NCBI GenBank assembly: GCA_040752695.1
Contig: JBFMGO010000008.1
Location: 1-64,000 of the forward strand
DNA from: a bacterium
GTDB taxonomy: Bacteria > SZUA-182 > DTGQ01
Reading direction: 5' to 3'
Length of the DNA: 64,000 nucleotides
The stretch's first letter is position 1, and each line of letters opens with the position of its first letter. Below are positions 57,653 through 64,000 of the stretch, in pieces. A model generated the notes under the pieces. That model was not told the origin of the DNA. It did no database searches and was given only the letters and a program-made list of their open reading frames with translations. Position numbers and translations under genes: made by a program.

Positions 57653-58564
57653 TTGTTTTCGATGAGTATGATCCAACCCGATATGCATTCTTTCCGGCAC
57701 CGGCTTTTGCGGGCTATCCGCGACTTTTTTGATGAGCGGGAATATCTGGAGGTTACCACTCCCATCCTGGTCCGTTGTCCGGGGATTGATCCCTATATCG
57801 ACGCCATCCCTGCAGGAGAGAACTTTTACCTGGCAACTTCTCCGGAGCTCCACATGAAGCGGCTGCTTGGCTGCGGTCTGAAAAAAATCTATCAAATCAC
57901 GCATGCCTTTCGAGCGGAGGAAACCGGCAGGCACCATAATTGTGAATTTTCCATTCTGGAATGGTATGAGACTGGAATAGACTATCAAACCCTCATGGAA
58001 TTGACCGAATCTTTCATTCAGACTATAGATCAGAAGATGTGCAGATATCTGGATAGAGATGCTCTTTTCCACTCGCCGTTCCCGAGGATTTCCGTGGATG
58101 ATGCTTTCTTGCAGTACGCTGATTGGCAGCCTTCAAAGGAATGGAATGAAGAGCGGTTCTTCATCGATTTGATCGAAATCGTCGAGCCAGCCTTAAAAAA
58201 CATACCTGCCTTTTTCCTCTATGATTTTCCGGCTCCTTTAGCCAGCCTGGCCAGGTTGAAGCCGGAAGATCCTGATCTGTGCGAGAGATTCGAGCTTTAC
58301 CTTAAGGGAGTGGAGATTGCCAACGGCTTTTCCGAATTGACCTGCGTAAAGGAACAAAAGGAGCGATTCGAGCGAGACCGCGCTAAACGGGCAGCCATGA
58401 ACAAAGAGCCCTACCCGCTGGACAGCCAGTTTCTCTTAACCCTGGAAAAGGGGCTTTTGCCGGATTGCGCAGGAATCGCCGCAGGGATTGACCGCATCCT
58501 GATGGTGCTCACTGAATCCTCCGATATTTCAGAGGTAATGGCTTTCCCCTCCAGCCGGTTATAG
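57653..58564 (+). CDS. epmA: EF-P lysine aminoacylase (EpmA/GenX)
   Basis: EV.TP, TSPEL.MKRLL, FR.EE.GR.H..EF..LEWY, ERFELY..G+E+ANGF.EL and G+DR; no anticodon-binding domain; next to efp. Confidence 0.93.
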   Translation: MFSMSMIQPDMHSFRHRLLRAIRDFFDEREYLEVTTPILVRCPGIDPYIDAIPAGENFYLATSPELHMKRLLGCGLKKIYQITHAFRAEETGRHHNCEFSILEWYETGIDYQTLMELTESFIQTIDQKMCRYLDRDALFHSPFPRISVDDAFLQYADWQPSKEWNEERFFIDLIEIVEPALKNIPAFFLYDFPAPLASLARLKPEDPDLCERFELYLKGVEIANGFSELTCVKEQKERFERDRAKRAAMNKEPYPLDSQFLLTLEKGLLPDCAGIAAGIDRILMVLTESSDISEVMAFPSSRL

Positions 58565-58622
58565 GTAATATGCGGGTATATGACGGGCATCCTCGACAGG
58601 CATTTATTACATTTCACGGTAC

Positions 58623-59492
58623 ATGAAAATGGTGAGAGGGATTGCAGCAGTGAGCCTTTATTTGACCTTATGGGGGTGCGGCGGTATCCATGTGCGGCCT
58701 ATTTCACCTCTTTGCAAACGCAAAACCAGTTGTAAGGCAGGAGAGTCGTATACTGCCAATACCGGCTCACCGATACTTGTTGCAAGCTATAACATCTGTT
58801 CATATCCAACCTTCAAGCCAAGAATGTATTATCAGCCCCCGGGTATCGAGATGCCTTCTGCAACCTTCAACGTCCAGTTTACAGCAACGCTGCCACCCAT
58901 AACTCCGGATCAAAAATGGGCGGCGCGCTACGTACATGGTGGCAATTATATCGTCATTTGCTCTCAAAATTACAGCCCGACATTGGGAATAGAAATAACG
59001 CCCAATGGTGAACTGGCGGATGAAGAAGCATGGGTATCTATTGAAAATTATGACCCGAACATAGAGGAGCCTGGCCGGGATTATTCCAAAATTCCGGACT
59101 GGATGAAGTCTCAGAGGTTATTTACACAATGGATGTGGAGCATAGGAGCGAAAATCTTGGATATCAGCTCAAGCAGCGCAGTCAGAGAAAAGGGAAAATG
59201 GCAGCCGCCAACTCTTCAGTTATTTGAAGAGGTTGACGGTGATATCATTGAGTATCATGAAGGTTCTTTCAAGGCCGAATTAATCTATACCGGCAAGATG
59301 GATAATATCATAAGGATATCTTACAGGGAGTATATTGATAACATGGCCAGGCCGGCATTCAGCCAGGAACTGCGATATGACTTGAGCGAAGGAAATGAGA
59401 TTTCCTTTCAGTCATTAAGGATGAAAGTATTAGAGGCAACCAACACAAAAATCACCATCCAGGTGATAGATGGTGAGCTGCCTTCGATATAA
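58623..59492 (+). CDS. Hypothetical lipoprotein
   Basis: Lipobox LWGC; C-terminal ELIY.G....I.+.YRE+....ARPAF.Q+L.YDL. Confidence 0.75.
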   Translation: MKMVRGIAAVSLYLTLWGCGGIHVRPISPLCKRKTSCKAGESYTANTGSPILVASYNICSYPTFKPRMYYQPPGIEMPSATFNVQFTATLPPITPDQKWAARYVHGGNYIVICSQNYSPTLGIEITPNGELADEEAWVSIENYDPNIEEPGRDYSKIPDWMKSQRLFTQWMWSIGAKILDISSSSAVREKGKWQPPTLQLFEEVDGDIIEYHEGSFKAELIYTGKMDNIIRISYREYIDNMARPAFSQELRYDLSEGNEISFQSLRMKVLEATNTKITIQVIDGELPSI

Positions 59493-59569
59493 AGACAACT
59501 GCCTTGACGGCATTTCATTGGCAGTGAGAGCGTATCGGGAACAGTATCCCGTAGTTATGGAGATCAATC

Positions 59570-60484
59570 ATGAAATATAATACCCTGATCTGGTATGACG
59601 GAAAATTCGTGGAATGGGAAAGTGCCACTACCAGCATTATGTCGCATGTTGTTCACTATGGAAGCTCCATTTTCGAGAGCCTGCGCTGCTATAAAAGTTG
59701 CCGGGGCCCGGCCATTCTGAGACTTAAAGCCCATGTGGAAAGGCTGTTTGATTCCGCCAGGGTGTACCGCATGGTTATCCCGTATTCGAAACAGGAGTTC
59801 AGTGAAGCCATCATCCAGACAGTGAAAAAAAATAACCTTGAGGAATGCTATATTCGCCCCTTTGTTTTCCGCGGCTTCAAGGAGATGGGGGTCAACCCGC
59901 TTAAGAACCCGCTTCACTGCGCTATTGCCGCCTGGGAATGGGGAGAATACCTCGGAGAAGGGGTTTTGGAGAAAGGCATACGGGTTTGTGTTTCCTCCTG
60001 GAACCGTTTCGCTCCCAATACTATGCCGTCCCTGGCCAAAGCCGGCGGTAATTATCTCAACTCCCAGTTAATCAAGATCGAGGCGCTGGAGAACGGTTTT
60101 GACGAGGGGATCGCACTGGACAGCATGGGCTATGTTTCCGAAGGGTCCGGGGAAAACATCTTCCTGGTCAGAAATGGTGTATTGTATACTCCTCCCACCA
60201 GTTCCTCGATTCTGGCAGGGATTACCAGACACTGCATATTTTTAATCGCCAGAGATCTTCAAATCAGGATCGAGCAGCATACCGTTCCAAGAGAGGCTCT
60301 CTATATCGCTGATGAAGCCTTTTTTACCGGTACAGCGGCGGAAATCACCCCCATTACCTCAATTGACAGGAGGCAAATCGGAGAGGGAAAAGTCGGCCCG
60401 GTTACGAAAAAAATTCAAGAGCAGTTTTTCAACATCATCAGGGGCAAGTCCGAGGATAAATACAACTGGCTGACGTATATATAG
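59570..60484 (+). CDS. ilvE: Branched-chain amino acid aminotransferase
   Basis: HYG..+[22 protein letters not shown]+F, L.GITR and [15 protein letters not shown]. Confidence 0.97.
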   Translation: MKYNTLIWYDGKFVEWESATTSIMSHVVHYGSSIFESLRCYKSCRGPAILRLKAHVERLFDSARVYRMVIPYSKQEFSEAIIQTVKKNNLEECYIRPFVFRGFKEMGVNPLKNPLHCAIAAWEWGEYLGEGVLEKGIRVCVSSWNRFAPNTMPSLAKAGGNYLNSQLIKIEALENGFDEGIALDSMGYVSEGSGENIFLVRNGVLYTPPTSSSILAGITRHCIFLIARDLQIRIEQHTVPREALYIADEAFFTGTAAEITPITSIDRRQIGEGKVGPVTKKIQEQFFNIIRGKSEDKYNWLTYI

Positions 60485-60509
60485 GTTAACAATCCTATCA
60501 TAAACAACC

Positions 60510-61877
60510 ATGAGGCATTCTCTTTCCTTAGCAGTATTACTCACTCTCGTCATTTTTATCGGCGTGAGCCGGGCGCAAGTCCCCCTTTCTCTGCCCGGGG
60601 CGGTTAATCGCGCTTTAAAAGCGCATCCCGACGTGTTGATGGCTGAAAGAGATGTGGCCAGGTCCCGGGCTGTTTTCAAGAATGTCCGGTCTTCACGGTT
60701 CCCGAAAATAGATTTTCTCTTTGAGAATCAGTACACAAAAACTATCGAAAAATTTGAGCCGACCAAGATACACCTTACCTTTGATGATGGCACGGACAAA
60801 GTCATTTCCCCCACAAAGGATGTTCCCGAATACCAGAGCGAAATAGCAGTTCAGGCCACGGAGAAGCTCTTTTCCGGCGGACGGATCTTCTCGGCGATCA
60901 AGGGAGCAAGGGCCGGGATCAGGAGCGCTGAAAGAGCCAGACACACCAGCCGGCGAGGGATCGCCCTGGCAGCCACAAGGGCCTATTGGGAATTGAAGCG
61001 GGCACAAGAGGTTCTCCGGATAGACCAGGAGAAAGTCGAACATGCCGAGGACATCCTGAAAGCAGCCAAGAGCAGGCACGCACAAGGAGCTATCTCAAAG
61101 CTTGAGAGAGAGAAAGCACAGGTCGATTTTCTTAATCATCAGGGAGATCTTTCGCAGTCTCAAACAGCGAGAAAAATTGCCGAAGATACCTTATGGCTGG
61201 AGATGGGCCAACTCGAGGCAGAAAAGCGCGAGCTTGTGCATGCCCAGGACGAGCCCTCCTTTCAGCCGGTGACCTTCGATGATGAAGAGCTCAAAAGAGG
61301 CATCCACGATGCCCTTCGCCTGCGGCCTGAGATGCAATCCGCTGCCGCGAAAATTGAAGCCGGGGAAGCGGGAGTAGGGGCAGCCAGGTCAGGCTGTTTT
61401 CCACAGGTCGAGCTGTTTGGTCGCTACAGTTGGATTGGATACGGCCAAGACGAGGCAGGTGATGCCTGGAAAGACATTGACCGGAATTACTGGGTGGCAG
61501 GAGTGAATATTACGCTCAATCTCTTTGAGGGATTGGCCACTCTCAGCAAAATCGAGGAGGAAAAAGCAGTGCTGGCCAACTCTCTGCTTGAGCGGGAGAA
61601 GATGCGGCAGTCTATTATCCGGCAGGTACGCAAGGCGTATAATTCCCTGATCGGTGCTGCCAAAAGGGTTACCCTGTTACAGCAGAGCATAGGGCTGGCC
61701 GAGAGGAATCTAGAGGCAGCCAAGAAGCAGTTTGCTCTTGGAGCTGCCACTATTCATGAAGTTGCCGAGTACAATGTCAGTATGGCTGAAACAAAAAAAG
61801 AATATATCAATGCCCTCATAGATTACGAAATGGCGAAGGCCGAGCTTGCATGGGCCAGGGGGGAGGCATGGCCATGA
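60510..61877 (+). CDS. TolC-family outer membrane efflux protein
   Basis: Signal peptide, two OEP repeats (A.S..FP.+, LF.GG), long helices. Confidence 0.9.
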   Translation: MRHSLSLAVLLTLVIFIGVSRAQVPLSLPGAVNRALKAHPDVLMAERDVARSRAVFKNVRSSRFPKIDFLFENQYTKTIEKFEPTKIHLTFDDGTDKVISPTKDVPEYQSEIAVQATEKLFSGGRIFSAIKGARAGIRSAERARHTSRRGIALAATRAYWELKRAQEVLRIDQEKVEHAEDILKAAKSRHAQGAISKLEREKAQVDFLNHQGDLSQSQTARKIAEDTLWLEMGQLEAEKRELVHAQDEPSFQPVTFDDEELKRGIHDALRLRPEMQSAAAKIEAGEAGVGAARSGCFPQVELFGRYSWIGYGQDEAGDAWKDIDRNYWVAGVNITLNLFEGLATLSKIEEEKAVLANSLLEREKMRQSIIRQVRKAYNSLIGAAKRVTLLQQSIGLAERNLEAAKKQFALGAATIHEVAEYNVSMAETKKEYINALIDYEMAKAELAWARGEAWP

Positions 61878-63190
61878 AAAAAATTATCTTCCCTATTGCC
61901 CTGGCGGCCGTAGTGGCGGCTGGTTTTATCCTTGTCCTCGGCAATACCTCGAATTCACCCGCCATCGAGACCATCAAGCTTGGGCGAGGCGACATCAGTG
62001 ATTCTGTCAAGGCTACCGGAAGAGTCGAGGCAGTGGTGGAAAGGGTCCTGAGGGCTGAGGCAGAGGGGAAGATCGTTCAGGTTCTGAAGGAAGAAGGCGA
62101 CAAGGTCAGGATCGGGGAAGAGCTTGTCCTTTTTGATCTGGCCGACCTCGACGATGCCGTGGCCAGGGCCGGGCTTGAGATTGAGCAGGCGGAAATTGCC
62201 ATGCGTCTGGCACGCACCAAACTTGACGCCTCCGAGCGCACCTATGAGGACCCGATCGAGCGTGCCTCCTATCTGAAGGACAGGGAAGACGGATACCGGC
62301 AGGCTGTCCTGAGCAGGGAGGCAGCCGAGCGTGAACTGGCCATCAGCCGTGAACTGTATGCAGCGCAGGCAGAATCGCTCCTTAGTTTAAAAGCCAAAGA
62401 GGACCGCCTCAAAAAGGCGCTCATCGACCAGCAGCAGGCTGAGCGTGAGCTTGATCAGGCCAGGGAGTATGTTACCGGTAAAGAAAAATCGGCCATCAAC
62501 CTGTCCATGCTCAAGGCAGAGTATGAGAAGGCAGTGAATCAAAAGAAATTGGCCGAGGTAACCTTACGGGAGATCCTTCGCCGGCGGAAGCGGCTTTCCC
62601 CCACTTCTCCCCTCAACGGACAGGTAACGATGTGTGAATTGAAGGAAGGAATGATCGTCACCGTGGGGCAGGCTCTCATGACCCTTGCCGATACGGAAAA
62701 TCTGCGGGTGCGGGCTGAAATTGACGAGTTGGATGCAGGCCGCATACAAAAGGGACATCTGGCGGCGATTACCTTTGATGCCTTCCCCGATCGTACCTTT
62801 ACCGGCAGGGTGAGCAGCGTCGCTCCCCAGGCCCGGATTAAGGAAAATCGGACCATCGTTGAAACCGTTATTCTGCTGGATGCGGGCACGGATATTCTGC
62901 TGGATGCGGGCACGGAGCTTTTAAAGATCGCCAACCAGGTGGACGTCAAAATCATTCGGGAGAGAAAGTGCAATGTGCTTGTTCTGCCTCTTTCCGCCAT
63001 ACAGAGGGATACAACCCCTTTTGTCTGGCTTTATCATGGCGGCGCTGCCAGGAAAATGGAAGTGAGCCTGGGATTATCCGATATGGACTCCATTGAAGTC
63101 ACTCGCGGCCTTAAGGAGGGAGATGAAGTGATTATCTCAAGCAGCAGGGCGTTGAAGGATGGAGAGAAGGTAAGAGCGGCCTTACGATAA
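61874..63190 (+). CDS. Efflux periplasmic adaptor (MacA-like MFP)
   Basis: N-terminal TM, G.+..V...EGD.V..G, SP..G.V, +DE.D and GL.EGD.V+; ATGA overlap with the TolC gene. Confidence 0.9.
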   Translation: MKKIIFPIALAAVVAAGFILVLGNTSNSPAIETIKLGRGDISDSVKATGRVEAVVERVLRAEAEGKIVQVLKEEGDKVRIGEELVLFDLADLDDAVARAGLEIEQAEIAMRLARTKLDASERTYEDPIERASYLKDREDGYRQAVLSREAAERELAISRELYAAQAESLLSLKAKEDRLKKALIDQQQAERELDQAREYVTGKEKSAINLSMLKAEYEKAVNQKKLAEVTLREILRRRKRLSPTSPLNGQVTMCELKEGMIVTVGQALMTLADTENLRVRAEIDELDAGRIQKGHLAAITFDAFPDRTFTGRVSSVAPQARIKENRTIVETVILLDAGTDILLDAGTELLKIANQVDVKIIRERKCNVLVLPLSAIQRDTTPFVWLYHGGAARKMEVSLGLSDMDSIEVTRGLKEGDEVIISSSRALKDGEKVRAALR

Positions 63191-63197
63191 CAAGATT

Positions 63198-63875
63198 ATG
63201 ATACATCTGGAAAATGTAAGTCGGACTTATGCCATGAAATCAGGGCTGGTGTATGCGCTCAAAAGGATCACTCTCACGGTTGACCACGGCGAATTTATAG
63301 CTGTAATGGGGCCATCAGGCTCGGGCAAGTCCACTTTGATGAATATCGTCGGCTGCCTTGACCAGCCGACCTCAGGCCGGTACTCACTTGAAAATGTCGA
63401 TGTATCCAAATTGAACGATAATGATCTTGCGGCCATAAGGAACCGGAAAATCGGTTTTGTCTTCCAGAACTTCAACCTTCTGCCCAGGATGAGCATCCTC
63501 AAAAATGTCGAGCTGGCCCTTTTGTATGCAGGATTTCCACGGGGTGCCAGGCGGGAGGCGGCAGCCAGGGCTGCACTCGAATCGGTTGGCCTGGCGCAGC
63601 GGGTAAGCCACAGGCCCTGGGAGCTTTCTGGAGGGCAGCAGCAGCGGGCGGCCATTGCCAGGGCACTGGCCACTGACCCTGCGCTTCTGCTGGCCGATGA
63701 GCCCACCGGAAGCCTTGATTCAGTCACGGGAAACGAGATTATGAAAATCTTTTGCGAGTTGAACAAGAAGGGAAAGACCATTGTTCTCGTCACCCATGAG
63801 CACGGTATGACCAGGTATGTGCACCGCATCGTCCGGCTGAAAGACGGTACTATTGACACAAAAGGCCGCTTTTGA
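63198..63875 (+). CDS. MacB/LolD-type ABC ATP-binding protein
   Basis: GPSGSGKSTL, IGFVFQ.FNL, LSGGQQQR, ADEPTG.LD and VTHE. Confidence 0.96.
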   Translation: MIHLENVSRTYAMKSGLVYALKRITLTVDHGEFIAVMGPSGSGKSTLMNIVGCLDQPTSGRYSLENVDVSKLNDNDLAAIRNRKIGFVFQNFNLLPRMSILKNVELALLYAGFPRGARREAAARAALESVGLAQRVSHRPWELSGGQQQRAAIARALATDPALLLADEPTGSLDSVTGNEIMKIFCELNKKGKTIVLVTHEHGMTRYVHRIVRLKDGTIDTKGRF

Positions 63876-63902
63876 GCAGTTCCACCTCGGCAGGGAGTGC
63901 CC

Positions 63903-64000
63903 ATGGTTAATAACCTCGAAAATGTTCTCAGCGCCTTTGAGGCACTGAAGGTCAATCGTTTCAGGACCTTTTTAACACTCCTGGGGATTGTTATCGGTGT
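63903..64000 (+). CDS. MacB/FtsX-like ABC permease, 5' fragment
   Basis: Manual translation MVNNLENVLSAFEALKVNRFRTFLTLLGIVIG matches N+.R+.LT.LGI+IG; SD GGGAG upstream. Confidence 0.85.
   Translation, partial: MVNNLENVLSAFEALKVNRFRTFLTLLGIVIG

Overview
Chromosomal window from a diderm bacterium, probably an anaerobe; the taxon cannot be fixed from sequence alone. Bases ~450-31000 hold a complete minus-strand type VI secretion system with all 13 core genes (tssJKLM, tagF, tagJ, tssABC, hcp, tssEFGH, vgrG). It is followed by a DUF6484-DUF2169-DUF4150(PAAR-like)-PRK06147 spike/adaptor set and two candidate effectors with no visible immunity genes (an M35-like metallopeptidase and an AHH-type HNH nuclease). 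An Rpn/YhgA-like nuclease gene missed by the ORF track is cut by the left edge. At the head of the T6SS lie two uncharacterised genes and a double-FHA gene. Diverging from them is a signalling operon (PP2C, trypsin-like protease, Ser/Thr kinase-PEGA, Trx-TPR-CsgG-like protein, CsgG-like lipoprotein), which converges on a second operon (large PQQ-propeller surface protein, CsgG-like/TPR protein, outer-membrane barrel). This 26-43 kb block is the best candidate for an undescribed system: a non-canonical envelope-sensing, threonine-phosphorylation switch for T6SS. The rest is housekeeping or accessory: csp, UPF0016, DUF296, a minimal SufCB pair, Usp, TonB, an ABC transporter, a receiver protein, efp-epmA, ilvE and TolC-MFP-ABC efflux. 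Short tandem duplications are strikingly common throughout, in frame inside genes and as echoes of gene ends between genes. No rRNA, tRNA, CRISPR array or integrase was seen. Family assignments come from motif recognition by eye, not database searches.
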